A stretch of DNA of 64,000 bases from an uncultured virus (IMG/VR IMGVR_UViG_3300036398_005010) (lineage: Duplodnaviria > Heunggongvirae > Uroviricota > Caudoviricetes). This document shows, one piece after another, positions 36,038 through 45,727 of this stretch. Location: IMG/VR virus record IMGVR_UViG_3300036398_005010; one strand, given 5' to 3'. Below the pieces are notes generated by a model, which made no database searches, was not told where the DNA came from, and saw only the letters and a program-made list of their open reading frames with translations. Numbering within the stretch: the first letter of the stretch is position 1; every line of letters begins with the position of its first letter. The translations under genes were made by a program, and so were the position numbers.

Positions 36038-36729
36038 CAGAGCTCGTATTCGTAGTCGTTGGTTTCGATGATGCGCTCGGAGTGCGAGAGCGAGATGCGG
36101 ACAACGGAGGGATCCTCCTCGTCGGCTGTGATGACGATCTTTCCGTAGCCGCCTTCATTGATCTCGAAGCCGGGGTTGCGTCCGTAGGCGAGATCCCAGC
36201 CGAGGTCGCTGATCAGCTTCTCCGCTGTGACGTTGGCGGGCTCGCCTGCTGTGACCCAGCCGACACCTGGCTGCCATTCGCCGGGTTGATGGGTTCGTCC
36301 CTGGGCGACCTCGTCAGGCAAGGGCTGATAATCTGAGATCTCAACCGAGAACGGAACGACGCAATCGGAGGTCTTGTTGCCGCCGTAGAAAATGGATTCG
36401 ACGTTGCCGCTGTCGCCGGATCCGTCGTACTCGATCTCGATATACTGGAGCTCGGGGTTCTGGGCGCGGAGGTAAAGGAAGAGTGTCCGCAGTCCAGCTG
36501 CTGCATCATCAGCCGCAGAGGCGACCTTGGATATATGGTTGCGGTAGATCGTGTCGAAGTCCATGCTTGCGATGGAAGCGGAGGCTTGAGCGTCGGAAGT
36601 CATTGAAGGAAAAGAAGGAAACGAAGGCAGACGTGTGCACTGCTGAGCGGGCACACTCAGAGCGCATAGATCAAAAGGACAACTGGTTGAGTTGCTCCAT
36701 CGCTTGGGGAATCGTGAGCTGAGCCATGG
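35633..36729. repeat. 55-bp direct repeat (35633-35687 / 36675-36729, 51/55 identical) flanking a two-gene cassette
   Basis: Direct alignment. Confidence 0.9.
36037..36603 (-). CDS. DUF6878-like protein
   Basis: EIEYDGSGDSG.VE...PGFEINEGGYG. Confidence 0.75.
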   Translation of the reverse strand: MTSDAQASASIASMDFDTIYRNHISKVASAADDAAAGLRTLFLYLRAQNPELQYIEIEYDGSGDSGNVESIFYGGNKTSDCVVPFSVEISDYQPLPDEVAQGRTHQPGEWQPGVGWVTAGEPANVTAEKLISDLGWDLAYGRNPGFEINEGGYGKIVITADEEDPSVVRISLSHSERIIETNDYEYEL

Positions 36730-36731
36730 TG

Positions 36732-36902
36732 TCAATCCGGGAGTGTTCCCTGTTCGAGGTCATCGATGCAGCGGCCGGTGGCCCGCACTGCGTTGGCGAT
36801 GTTGTCGAGGGTGTCGGAGTTCCACTCCTTGCCGTCGAGCAGGCTCTGGATGAGATCCATGGCGCGCTCGTCGCTGATGTAGCTGTGGGTGGACTTGGGC
36901 AT
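36732..36902 (-). CDS. 56-aa hypothetical protein
   Basis: Hand translation MPKSTHSY...LLDGKEWNSDTLDNIANAVR... Confidence 0.65.
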   Translation of the reverse strand: MPKSTHSYISDERAMDLIQSLLDGKEWNSDTLDNIANAVRATGRCIDDLEQGTLPD

Positions 36903-36905
36903 GGA

Positions 36906-37289
36906 TCAGATGGCATAGATCAACTGGTCGTCGCCCAGGTACAGCTCGATCTCGCCCTGCTTGTGACAGAGCTCAGTGAGCTTCTGGCCGAACTCTTTGT
37001 CCCAGTCGCCGTCCCAGAAGCCGGAGCCGCAGCGGTTGCGGGTGAGGATCCAGTCGTGGGCCATACGGGCCTGCTCGTCCCCCTGGGTGGGGTCGATCAT
37101 GGTGAGGCGATGCTCAACTGGATCGAAGCCGAGCTCAAAAGCCTGGAACCAGAAGGCGGCCCATTCAGCCCAGAGCTTGGCGCGCAGCTCCGGGCTGAGC
37201 TTGGCGTCGCCCTTGTCGGCGTAGAGAATGTCGTCAGGTGCGATCCAGAGCAGGGCCTGGATGGCGTGTTGGAAGGGGTCGTTGGACAT
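36906..37289 (-). CDS. conserved phage hypothetical protein
   Basis: ALLW...AHDWILTRNRCGSGFWDG...LYLGDD motif. Confidence 0.75.
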   Translation of the reverse strand: MSNDPFQHAIQALLWIAPDDILYADKGDAKLSPELRAKLWAEWAAFWFQAFELGFDPVEHRLTMIDPTQGDEQARMAHDWILTRNRCGSGFWDGDWDKEFGQKLTELCHKQGEIELYLGDDQLIYAI

Positions 37290-37315
37290 GTGCGGATTGG
37301 AGAGAATGGTGAGAG

Positions 37316-37714
37316 CTACTCGTCTGCATCGGGATCCTCGCCGGCGTCAATTCCTGCCTCCTTGTCAGGTACCCATAGCCAGGCCTGAACGTAGGCGCCT
37401 TCGTCGCAGCCTTTGCTGACGATGGCGTCGTCGTCGACCTCTAGCTCGCCCTCCTTGGAAATAGTGAGGCGTTGAGCTGCCTCGATGTAGCGGCGGTCAT
37501 CGTCCGTCGAGTTGGCCGCCACCCAGGCCTTCTGATAGGAAGCGAAGGTCAGCTCCTTGATGAGAGCGTTGCACAGGTGCCGTGCCATCACCGCAGGGGA
37601 GATGTTCCGCGGGATGGGAAAGTAGAGCAGCTGCTCTTCAATGAAACTCCTGAGATGAAATAGTGGACTGGGGGTGGGGAGCTTGGAGTGCGCGAGGGGA
37701 TCGGGTTGATTCAT
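37316..37714 (-). CDS. hypothetical protein
   Basis: EGELEVDDDAIVSKG..GAYVQAWLWV motif. Confidence 0.7.
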   Translation of the reverse strand: MNQPDPLAHSKLPTPSPLFHLRSFIEEQLLYFPIPRNISPAVMARHLCNALIKELTFASYQKAWVAANSTDDDRRYIEAAQRLTISKEGELEVDDDAIVSKGCDEGAYVQAWLWVPDKEAGIDAGEDPDADE

Positions 37715-37787
37715 GAGGGGAGGGATGATAATGATGACTGCTACGGCAGCTACCTGTGAAGCCACCCAAGAACCTGAGCGGCTACCG

Positions 37788-37985
37788 ATGAAACCACCGA
37801 AGATCCTGAGCAGGCATGACCTGGATGACGACCGCTGCATTGAGCAGCTGGAGGACGAGCGAGGCCGGACCTACTACCGGGCGTGCACGGATGGCGGCGC
37901 AATCTGCAGGTCCTGCGAGGACTTGTGGATGGCGCAGATGTACGCCGATCAGATGTGCCTCAAGCGGCAGCTGAAGCCGGAGTGA
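37788..37985 (+). CDS. small hypothetical protein
   Basis: IEQLED..GRTYYRAC..G.ICRSCEDLWMA; isolated plus-strand gene. Confidence 0.55.
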   Translation: MKPPKILSRHDLDDDRCIEQLEDERGRTYYRACTDGGAICRSCEDLWMAQMYADQMCLKRQLKPE

Positions 37986-39333
37986 GCTGCGGCAGCAGGG
38001 CCTGCTCGGTGATGATGCGGGAGAAGATCTTGGCCTCGGCGTGCTCGTGCTGGGCGCTGCCGTCATCGCCGTAGTCGTGGGCCGCCTCGTGGACGATGAC
38101 GCGGATAGTGGCCTCGAGGCTGTCGAGGTTCTTGCGGGCGATGTTGATGCGGAAGGTCTCGGACTTCTGATCGAAGGAGTGGGTGCCGAGGATGTTGTCG
38201 TCGCGGAAGTCGACGACCCGCAGGCGCTGGGCAATGGGGGCGAGGCCCAGGGCTGCGGCCGAGGGCTCGATCAGGGAGAGTGCCAACTGCAGGTTGTGGA
38301 GCTCAAGCGGGTTGAGCTCGAGGCTGGTGTAGGTCTCAACCACGTCGCCGCGGCGCTCAGCGCGCAGCCTCTCCAGCGAGAGCTCAGAGTGCTCCCGGAA
38401 GAAGTTGCACACCTCGGGTGTGGTGATCAGGCCGATCTTGCCGAGATGACCGGCGTCGTTGGCCTCGGCCTGGTTCTTGACCGGAACGGCGTGCTCGCCA
38501 TAGGCATCACGCCAGGCCTGGGCGACGCGTTCCAGGTGCTGCTCTGGGCAGTAGCGATTGCCGACGCCTTTGGCGTCTTCGCAGCCGGACTGCAGGTGAA
38601 CCAGGAGCCGGGCCGGAGAGATACCATCTCGGCAGAGGGCGCTGATCCAGGCGTGGCCGATGTGATAGTCGAAATCGAAGGAGTTGACCATCCGCCTGTC
38701 GCGGTCGGTGCGGACGCCGCCGGTCAGGTTGTAGCCGGCGGCCAGGTTGTCTCGGGTCTCGACATGGATGCCTTTGACGTAGATGCGGCCGCGCTGCTGC
38801 TCATCGGTGAGGATCAAGCCCTCCGAGGTGTCGATGGCCGCCAGCCCCTGTTGCAGGTCAATGAAGCGGAGCTGGAAGTCGGCCCACTCGGCGGGTGTGA
38901 TCTCGATGCGAACCGAGAAGCATTGGTGCGTGCTGGGCGTGGAGCGCCGGCGCGTGTTGACGGTGAGGACTGGCTGCCCAGGGAATGCCTTGGACTCGGC
39001 CAGGGTGCAGTCCCAGTTCTCGTCGTGGTTGACGATCTGAAGCTTGCGGCCGGCGCGAACCAGGGCCAGGGCGCCCAGTTTCAGACCTTCTCCGAAGTGG
39101 CCGCGGGCGTCTGAGTCGTCAGCCTTGGAGGTGACGCCCATCAGCCAGACGGAGCGGTCGAGCTTGACGCCGAAGTTGGCGACGATGAGCATGCCGTCCG
39201 TCTGGTTGTAGTTGATGTGCATGGGGTGGCCCTTGTCGCGGGCGTCCAGGGCGTTCTGGATGGCCTCGCGAACGCCCTCCCAGACGCCCCAGTCGGAGAC
39301 GTACTGGTCGGAGATGGTGAGCTGGAATTTCAT
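37960..39333 (-). CDS. GHKL (HATPase_c) ATPase with C-terminal HExxH motif
   Basis: REAIQNALDA, G.TSK...RGHFGEGLKLG; HEAAH. Confidence 0.8.
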   Translation of the reverse strand: MKFQLTISDQYVSDWGVWEGVREAIQNALDARDKGHPMHINYNQTDGMLIVANFGVKLDRSVWLMGVTSKADDSDARGHFGEGLKLGALALVRAGRKLQIVNHDENWDCTLAESKAFPGQPVLTVNTRRRSTPSTHQCFSVRIEITPAEWADFQLRFIDLQQGLAAIDTSEGLILTDEQQRGRIYVKGIHVETRDNLAAGYNLTGGVRTDRDRRMVNSFDFDYHIGHAWISALCRDGISPARLLVHLQSGCEDAKGVGNRYCPEQHLERVAQAWRDAYGEHAVPVKNQAEANDAGHLGKIGLITTPEVCNFFREHSELSLERLRAERRGDVVETYTSLELNPLELHNLQLALSLIEPSAAALGLAPIAQRLRVVDFRDDNILGTHSFDQKSETFRINIARKNLDSLEATIRVIVHEAAHDYGDDGSAQHEHAEAKIFSRIITEQALLPQLTPASAAA

Positions 39334-39367
39334 GGGGCGAGAGATGAGAGGACGAAGACGGAAAAGA

Positions 39368-40069
39368 TCAGGCGGCGACGCGGTAGTTGCGTTCCTGCCT
39401 GCGGCGGAGGTAGTCATTGATTCGCAGGGCCCTGGCGGCCTTTCGCTGCGACTCGGCGTCTCCGGTCGTGGCCCCGTCGAGCCACTCCTGGATGGTCTCC
39501 ATGGAGATCGATTCTTCGGCGATGCCGCGTTCGTCTTTGATTTGCCGGCAGGCGAAGAGGTGGTCGACGTAGCAGGCCAGGACGCAGCCGACCTGGTTGT
39601 GATCCCAGTCAGAGACGCGGGGCCAGGAGCAGAGGCTGTTTGGGTAGTGACTGATGAAGCCGCTGCGGCTGGTGAACCATTCGTTGATTTTGTCGTCGAG
39701 TCGCTTGCCGCGTACGACGCGAAGCATTACCGCCAGGGACGAGCGATCGAGCTTGGCGAACAGTCTGTCGGCGGTGAAGTTGTATTCGCGAGGGGATTGC
39801 ATTTCCTCGTAGTCGAGGGGGATGCCGATCACCCGAGCGAGAGCGTCGACATAGGCCTTGGCGTATTTGTTACGGACGTAGCCATAGTTGACGTTCGAGT
39901 AGAACATCTCATAGAGATTTTCATTGAGGATTTCACCAGAGTCGTCGATGAACATTTGCTCTTCGGCAAAGTCGATGGCTTGGTCGTGAGAAGACTCGTA
40001 AAAGCCGGCGAATGGCACCAAGGCTGAGAAGCTGGTGCGCTTGCATTCACCGGCGCATGGGTCATTCAT
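39368..40069 (-). CDS. conserved phage hypothetical protein
   Basis: PFAGFYES...SPREYNFTADR...FTSRSGFISHY. Confidence 0.75.
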   Translation of the reverse strand: MNDPCAGECKRTSFSALVPFAGFYESSHDQAIDFAEEQMFIDDSGEILNENLYEMFYSNVNYGYVRNKYAKAYVDALARVIGIPLDYEEMQSPREYNFTADRLFAKLDRSSLAVMLRVVRGKRLDDKINEWFTSRSGFISHYPNSLCSWPRVSDWDHNQVGCVLACYVDHLFACRQIKDERGIAEESISMETIQEWLDGATTGDAESQRKAARALRINDYLRRRQERNYRVAA

Positions 40070-40094
40070 GGGGTGAGAGAGGAGAGGATGAAGG

Positions 40095-40781
40095 TCAGGA
40101 GGATTTGCTGCAAGCCTTATGGACGGAACCGATAGACACCTTGAAGGCGGCCGAAATTCGCCTGTAGGTTTCACCGGCTGCGCGCATGGCTCGCATCTGC
40201 TCGCGCATTTCTTCGGTGACCCGGAAGTGTGGGTGGCTGGAGCTACGGCGTGCGCCCTTGAGCAGCTTCTCTGGCTCCATTCCGGCGCGGTCGATATGGC
40301 GCCATGAGCGATTGGCGCAGATGTCGAATGCGCAGGTAATGGTGACGCCGAAGCGTCGGCCGATTTCTGCATAGGTCAACCCTTGTAGCCTGAGGCCAAG
40401 GATTTGAATGATTGCGTCATCGGACAAGACGGAATTGCCGTGTTCTTGCCCTTTGGGAGCAATGCTTCTTCCTGCCTTGATGCGGTCGTCGGTGTTCTCC
40501 TGGCAGGTGCCCAGGTAGAGGTGGCCCGGGTTGACGCACGAAGTGTTGTGGCACTTGTGTAGTACATGCAGGGATGTGTCGCTGATGGGCCCATTGCTGA
40601 GCTCCCAGCTGACGCGATGGGCTCTGGCCGGCCTGGACGCTCGGACTCCGATCGACCCATAGCCGCGGCGGTCCTTGCTGGCTGTCCAGATCCAGCAGGG
40701 AGTGTCGACGTACGGCCCGACGGGGCCGCACTTGTCGACTTTCTCCCAGAACCGCTCCTCGAGAGGTCGCTTTGCTGGCAT
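40095..40781 (-). CDS. HNH homing endonuclease with C-terminal HTH repeats
   Basis: ERFWEKVDK..CWIWT...AHRVSW...VLHKCHN..CVNPGHL.LGT..EN. Confidence 0.9.
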   Translation of the reverse strand: MPAKRPLEERFWEKVDKCGPVGPYVDTPCWIWTASKDRRGYGSIGVRASRPARAHRVSWELSNGPISDTSLHVLHKCHNTSCVNPGHLYLGTCQENTDDRIKAGRSIAPKGQEHGNSVLSDDAIIQILGLRLQGLTYAEIGRRFGVTITCAFDICANRSWRHIDRAGMEPEKLLKGARRSSSHPHFRVTEEMREQMRAMRAAGETYRRISAAFKVSIGSVHKACSKSS

Positions 40782-40784
40782 GGG

Positions 40785-41858
40785 TCAGAGAGCTATGGCC
40801 AGCTCGCGGGCGCGCTGGATAACGCTTTTGCCGGTACCGAAGAGGGCCGAGTGAGTACGGCGTAGGCCGGCACCGGCTGTCTTGGTGGAAGACTCCACCT
40901 GGGTGACAGCGTTGAACGCAGCCCAGGCGGTATTGGCGACACCGGGAATGTCGTGGCCAAGGCCGTAGTTCCAGGCTTCCTTGAGTTGAGCCCAGCGGCG
41001 TGGCATGTCCTCCACCGACGCTGGACGGGTGTCACCGTCGGGGAGTTGAACCGGGGGCAGGGAGTAGACGCGCTCGAGGTAATGGCGGAAGCCGTCGTAA
41101 GTGACGGCCTTGGATTGCAGCATCTGCATCTCAGTGATGACAGTTGGCAGCTGCTGACGGCCCAGGTCGATCTGCCCGATGAGTGAGTCGATCTGGCCGA
41201 TCTCGAAGGTGTTGTGACGGATCCGCATGTGCTTGTTGTTGCGGTCGGCGTCCGTCATGGCGAAGCCGAGTGTGTTCGCGCAGACAACTCTGACCGGGGT
41301 CAGCATGGCGCCGAGGGCGGTCTTGCCGTCGTGGCCGAGATAGCCAACGAAGTTGAGGTTGACGGTGTCGCCAGGCAGGACGTCTTTGGTGGCGCCGCGG
41401 ATCTTGGCAGTGAAGGCCACCTTGGCGCCGCCGCGCAGGACGACGACGGTGTCCATGTCGACCTCCTCGCGCAGGGCAGAGGCGAAGTCGAGCAGGCGCT
41501 GGTTGGGGATGACCTGGTAGCCAGGGCTGGCGGTGCCGAGGATCTTGCGCTCATCGGGCCGCCAGATGGCAACGCGGTTCTCGCGCATGGAGATCAGCCG
41601 TTCTTCGAGGGCCTCCTGGATATGAGCGGTGCGCTCTTCGGGGGAGGAGAACTCGCGGTCGGCTGCCTGGGCGACAGCATCGAGCAGGTCCTGGGACTTG
41701 ATGTCGCCGGCCCAGAGCTGCAGTTGGTCGACCGGGAAGAGGGCGCCGGCGCGGCGGAAGGCTTCCTCCGCGGGGAGCGTGCCTTCGAGGACGGTGCCAA
41801 GGCCGTGCCAGGCGCGTTCGCCGTTGAGCATGACGCCGGAGGTGAATTCGTGAGCCAT
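40785..41858 (-). CDS. DUF932-family phage/plasmid protein
   Basis: MAHE...AWHGLG, Y.VIPN, GHDG...TPVRVVCANTL, TAWAAFNAVT. Confidence 0.9.
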   Translation of the reverse strand: MAHEFTSGVMLNGERAWHGLGTVLEGTLPAEEAFRRAGALFPVDQLQLWAGDIKSQDLLDAVAQAADREFSSPEERTAHIQEALEERLISMRENRVAIWRPDERKILGTASPGYQVIPNQRLLDFASALREEVDMDTVVVLRGGAKVAFTAKIRGATKDVLPGDTVNLNFVGYLGHDGKTALGAMLTPVRVVCANTLGFAMTDADRNNKHMRIRHNTFEIGQIDSLIGQIDLGRQQLPTVITEMQMLQSKAVTYDGFRHYLERVYSLPPVQLPDGDTRPASVEDMPRRWAQLKEAWNYGLGHDIPGVANTAWAAFNAVTQVESSTKTAGAGLRRTHSALFGTGKSVIQRARELAIAL

Positions 41859-41902
41859 GGAGAGAAGAGGGTTGAGAGGACGGGGTTGGAAGGTGTTAAA
41901 GG

Positions 41903-42448
41903 TCAGCCGAGTTCGTCGCTGAAGCGCGCATAGAAGTGCTTCTCGAACTCGGCTTCTGAGATGCCGAGGGCGCCGAGCATGGCGTCGCTGACCAGCAAGC
42001 GGCGCAGGGCCTGCTTGCCGTCGTGGCCCAGGTCTTTGATGGACTGGAGCCGTTCGCCGGTGAACGATGCCGTCATCGGCTTGAGCACGGTGTAGACCAG
42101 TTCCTGGCTGGCCAGCAGCATGCGGATGTCGGCGTCGGCGCGGGTGGCGATTGCCAGGTCGAGCGGGTTGTTGATCTTGGTGTGCGGCTCGACTGTGGTC
42201 TTGATCCCGTGGACCACGGCATCAAGCAGGAAGCTGACCAGGTGGAGCAGCTGCGGCATGATCACGCCGCCGCCATCGAGCACGATCTGCTCGATGACGA
42301 CGGTCAGATCCAGGAGGCCGCAGCTGGGATCGGAGACCGGCAGGGTGGGCAGGGTCGTGCTGCGCGGCGGCAGCCCGCCCTCCTTGCGGAGGTTGCGGAT
42401 GCGCTCGAGCAGCTGGGACGGAGAGACGCTGTCGGGGATGTCACTCAT
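41903..42448 (-). CDS. hypothetical protein
   Basis: ATG at 42448. Confidence 0.65.
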   Translation of the reverse strand: MSDIPDSVSPSQLLERIRNLRKEGGLPPRSTTLPTLPVSDPSCGLLDLTVVIEQIVLDGGGVIMPQLLHLVSFLLDAVVHGIKTTVEPHTKINNPLDLAIATRADADIRMLLASQELVYTVLKPMTASFTGERLQSIKDLGHDGKQALRRLLVSDAMLGALGISEAEFEKHFYARFSDELG

Positions 42449-43010
42449 GAGGTTCTGGAAGAGGCGGTTGCCCGAAGGCTCGCCGGAGGTGGTTGACGGC
42501 GATCTCCAGGTCGTCGATCGAGGGGCCGATAGCCGTGGCTCGCACCTCCGGCTGCTCGATCCCGTCGGAGTCGAGGGGTATAACCCGGAAGAACGTAGCC
42601 GAATGTCCGACTTTCGTCTGCAGCTTGACAGCCGTGTCTGGCATGTCAAGCGCGGTGAGGGCGCCGAGCAGGGAGCGGACAGACCAGGGGGTCTGCTGCT
42701 CCTGGGTGGCCGGGTCGGTGGAGCCCCGGCAGGGCAGGCGCAGGACGACCGTGCTGTTGATCGGGGTCAGCAGCACCAGGTCGAGGTACGGTCTGGAGCC
42801 GTACTTAGATCCTTCGCCGTGGAAGGTGATGTCGGCGCCGACCGGGGCGCCGATGATGGCGGGACATTCGGGCCCGGGATTGTCGGCGGTCTCGCCGTAG
42901 ATGTAGAGGGTGCCGCTGGCGGAGATGCCGACGGTGGTGACGTCGGGCTCAGGTGTGGCGGGAACGACCCAGGCGGGGAGAGCCGGGTCGAGGGTTGCGA
43001 GATTGCTCAT
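42441..43010 (-). CDS. hypothetical protein
   Basis: ATG 24 nt after leader element. Confidence 0.7.
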   Translation of the reverse strand: MSNLATLDPALPAWVVPATPEPDVTTVGISASGTLYIYGETADNPGPECPAIIGAPVGADITFHGEGSKYGSRPYLDLVLLTPINSTVVLRLPCRGSTDPATQEQQTPWSVRSLLGALTALDMPDTAVKLQTKVGHSATFFRVIPLDSDGIEQPEVRATAIGPSIDDLEIAVNHLRRAFGQPPLPEPHE

Positions 43011-43061
43011 CGGAGACTGAAAGGAACGCAAGTGTGTGCACTGCTGAGAGTGCTCAACTGA

Positions 43062-43235
43062 TCAGCCAAGGGTTTTCTCGGGCTGCCAATCGAGGGGCAG
43101 CTGGATCTGCTGGGGGAGGTTGTGGATGATGCGCAGCAGGGATCGCCGCTCACGCAGCAGGCGTTCCCTGGTGTGTTCGTCGTTGATGCGCGGCAGGATG
43201 CTGTTGATCGTGTCGACACGTTCTTGGTGGGACAT
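43062..43235 (-). CDS. 57-aa hypothetical protein (MSHQERVDTIN...QQIQLPLDW...)
   Basis: Hand translation. Confidence 0.65.
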   Translation of the reverse strand: MSHQERVDTINSILPRINDEHTRERLLRERRSLLRIIHNLPQQIQLPLDWQPEKTLG

Positions 43236-43236
43236 T

Positions 43237-43581
43237 TCAGTCGGCTCTCAGGAGATTGGAATCTGGCTGAATTCCGCTATCAAGGAGACCGCGGTTAAGT
43301 AGCTCCTCGACAATGTCACGGTAGACAGGATATAGATCGTCGATCTGAGCACTGGCGAGTCTGAGCCACTCTTCTTCGGCGGCCATTTGCGCCATTTCAC
43401 CCTGAAAGCAGGGTGGATCGGGAATCTCGATTCTCTCGAACTGCCTCTCAAGGAATCTTTTGACATTGATGAGATGCTCATCACTCATGCTACAAATAGG
43501 CAGATGTCGCCCGTCTCTGGTGGTCCAGGCCGGGCCCTCTTGGTCTGAGTCGATCGCGTCGACGCGGTCTTGGTGGGACAT
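43237..43581 (-). CDS. hypothetical protein, lower GC, N-terminus duplicated from the downstream gene
   Basis: WTTRDG..I..MSDEHLIN motif; begins MSHQDRVDAID. Confidence 0.7.
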   Translation of the reverse strand: MSHQDRVDAIDSDQEGPAWTTRDGRHLPICSMSDEHLINVKRFLERQFERIEIPDPPCFQGEMAQMAAEEEWLRLASAQIDDLYPVYRDIVEELLNRGLLDSGIQPDSNLLRAD

Positions 43582-43589
43582 GGCTATAC

Positions 43590-44213
43590 TCAGTAGGAAG
43601 TCATGCCCTTGACGTCGTCCTCGGTGAGCTCAATTCCGACCTGGCGGAAGTACGGAATTGAAGCAATCGCGCAGAGTTTTTGAGCAACATCAGCGCGTCT
43701 TGCTTCGCCAACGGATGACGAGATCAGGGCGTATTGCAGCAGGAAACTGCGGCTCACCTCAAGGTTGATCTTGAGGAAGGCCGCCGGGAGCTGGCAGCCC
43801 TTGATGGCCTGCTCCTGGGCTTGGCGGCGGCGGACCGCCGAGGGACGGACGCCACCGGAGGCGACGAGCTCGCCCAGTTGTTCCGATCGGACGGCCGGCG
43901 GGGAGGCAGGGAGACGATCAGGGTCTCCCCACCCGGACTCAGGATCAAGAGGGAGCGAAGGCTCAGGTAGCTCCTGAGGCTCAGGCTCGTCCACGCCGAA
44001 GTCCAGAGTGAGGACAGAGGCCTTGAGGACTTCGTCGTAGATGACGCAGCTGTCGTCAAAGGCGAATCCTTTCTTGACGATGTCGCTGATGCTGGGCGGG
44101 AAGATGACGGTGCACTCGCCACCAGCTGCTGTCTGCTTGCTGTAGTAGGCGTAGTGCCAGCCCCCGTGGCGGAGGCTGGGCTTGGGGTCAGAGGTGATGT
44201 GGCGGACTGCCAT
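43590..44213 (-). CDS. hypothetical protein
   Basis: ATG after pyrimidine-rich leader. Confidence 0.65.
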   Translation of the reverse strand: MAVRHITSDPKPSLRHGGWHYAYYSKQTAAGGECTVIFPPSISDIVKKGFAFDDSCVIYDEVLKASVLTLDFGVDEPEPQELPEPSLPLDPESGWGDPDRLPASPPAVRSEQLGELVASGGVRPSAVRRRQAQEQAIKGCQLPAAFLKINLEVSRSFLLQYALISSSVGEARRADVAQKLCAIASIPYFRQVGIELTEDDVKGMTSY

Positions 44214-44427
44214 GTTGAGATGGAGAGACAGAGAGGAGACGACTGGAGCCAGCCCCGCACCTGCTGCCCCTGGTCGCCAGGGAGGAGCAGCGCGTCGCTG
44301 ATGCGGGGCATGGAGGGATCGCACAACTGGTTGAGTGCGAGGCGGCCGCGGCCGGACAGGGGCGACAGGAGGGCCTGCCCGGCCGGCGTTGTGACGTGAA
44401 GGAGGTCAGGCCGCGGGGCCTGGCCGC

Positions 44428-45102
44428 TCACTTGATGGACCAGTTGGTGCGCTTGTCGAGGCGGGCGCCGGCGACGGGGTCACCGGCTTTGAGCTGGGCC
44501 TTGATGGCGGCCTTGTCGGGCACGCCGCTGCAGGCCAGCTCGTACTCGGAGGGGGCGATCTCATAGAGGTCGCGCAGGGTTTCGGTGATCACGGCGGTGA
44601 TCTGGTCAGCGGCCTCGGCGTGGCCGGGCTGCAGCTTGAGCTTCACCTCGAAGCGCTTGAGGGAGTCGGGCACCAGCTCGGGGTCGACCTCGACGGCCTC
44701 GCTGGGGCGGGAGGCGACGGTGAACTCGGGCAGAGGAAAATTCTTCTGCCCGGGGTTGAGGGCGGTGAGGCAGCGGGTGAGGTAGTCGAGCAGGCGCTCG
44801 GCGGCGCGCTCTTCAGCGGCGGCCTTCTCGAGGCGGTCGGCTGCCACCTGGCGGAGGTGGGCCGCCTTGGCGAGCAGGGACTCGTGCACATGGCAGATGG
44901 CGTTCGCCTTGCGGTGCAAGACCGCCTGGTTGTCGGCGGCCTTCTCGAGGAGCTCAGTGATCAGGGCCTGGGCCTGCTCCTGCTGCTCGGGGTCATCGGA
45001 GTTGGCGAGGTCCAGGGCTAGGGCCAGCTGTCCGTCGACTTCCTGGACCTCGAGGGTGAGTTCGTACAAGGAGGTCTTGGGCTTGGAGGGGGTCAGGGTC
45101 AT
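44428..45102 (-). CDS. siphovirus Gp157-like protein
   Basis: SLYELT...K...I...S.AVEVD...PDKAAIKAQLKAG..V.GARL. Confidence 0.8.
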   Translation of the reverse strand: MTLTPSKPKTSLYELTLEVQEVDGQLALALDLANSDDPEQQEQAQALITELLEKAADNQAVLHRKANAICHVHESLLAKAAHLRQVAADRLEKAAAEERAAERLLDYLTRCLTALNPGQKNFPLPEFTVASRPSEAVEVDPELVPDSLKRFEVKLKLQPGHAEAADQITAVITETLRDLYEIAPSEYELACSGVPDKAAIKAQLKAGDPVAGARLDKRTNWSIK

Positions 45103-45295
45103 GGAGGGAGCGATGGATTTGCTGGATGTAGGAATCGGCCAGGTCCACCAAGGCCTCGATCCGGGCCAAGGCGTCGTGCTCGTAGAGCGGTGAACTTGGA
45201 CGGATGTCGGCCCGCGCCCGCTTGGCTGCCTGGTGGGCAGCGTTGCGCAGGCGGTAAAGCGGCCCGGCCGGGGCGGACCTGGAGATACTTGGCAT
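44993..45295 (-). CDS. hypothetical protein
   Basis: ATG at 45295. Confidence 0.45.
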   Translation of the reverse strand: MPSISRSAPAGPLYRLRNAAHQAAKRARADIRPSSPLYEHDALARIEALVDLADSYIQQIHRSLHDPDPLQAQDLLVRTHPRGPGSRRTAGPSPGPRQLR

Positions 45296-45340
45296 GGGAG
45301 TGGAGCCCCGGCACGTAGATGCGTGCCAGGGCAACCAGTA

Positions 45341-45727
45341 TCACGCAGCCACGGGCTCCGGCTTGGCGCCGTTGCTGCTGACCACGGGAATCGCAGCGGC
45401 AGCCTTGGCTGCCTTGGCGGCCTCCCGCAGGGCCTGCTTGCGCAGGTGGGCGGCGTAGATGGACTCGGCGGAGAGGCTGTGCACCTCGCCGTCGACGCCG
45501 GCGAAGGTCTTGCCGTGGAAGATCTCGCCGCCGGGGGCGATGTACTGGTCGGTGGGGTCCTCCTCGCCGAGGATCTCGAGCAGGTGCTCGGATTTGAAGC
45601 TGGTCCGCAGCGTGGTTTCCCGCTGGGCCTGGCCGGCCTTGCGGGCGGTGATCAGGCCAACCTCGAAGGTGGACCAGTTCTGACCGGAGAAGAAGCGGAG
45701 CTCGAGGGGACCGAGTGAGAGTTGCAT
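45341..45727 (-). CDS. hypothetical protein
   Basis: ATG 46 nt after leader element. Confidence 0.7.
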   Translation of the reverse strand: MQLSLGPLELRFFSGQNWSTFEVGLITARKAGQAQRETTLRTSFKSEHLLEILGEEDPTDQYIAPGGEIFHGKTFAGVDGEVHSLSAESIYAAHLRKQALREAAKAAKAAAAIPVVSSNGAKPEPVAA

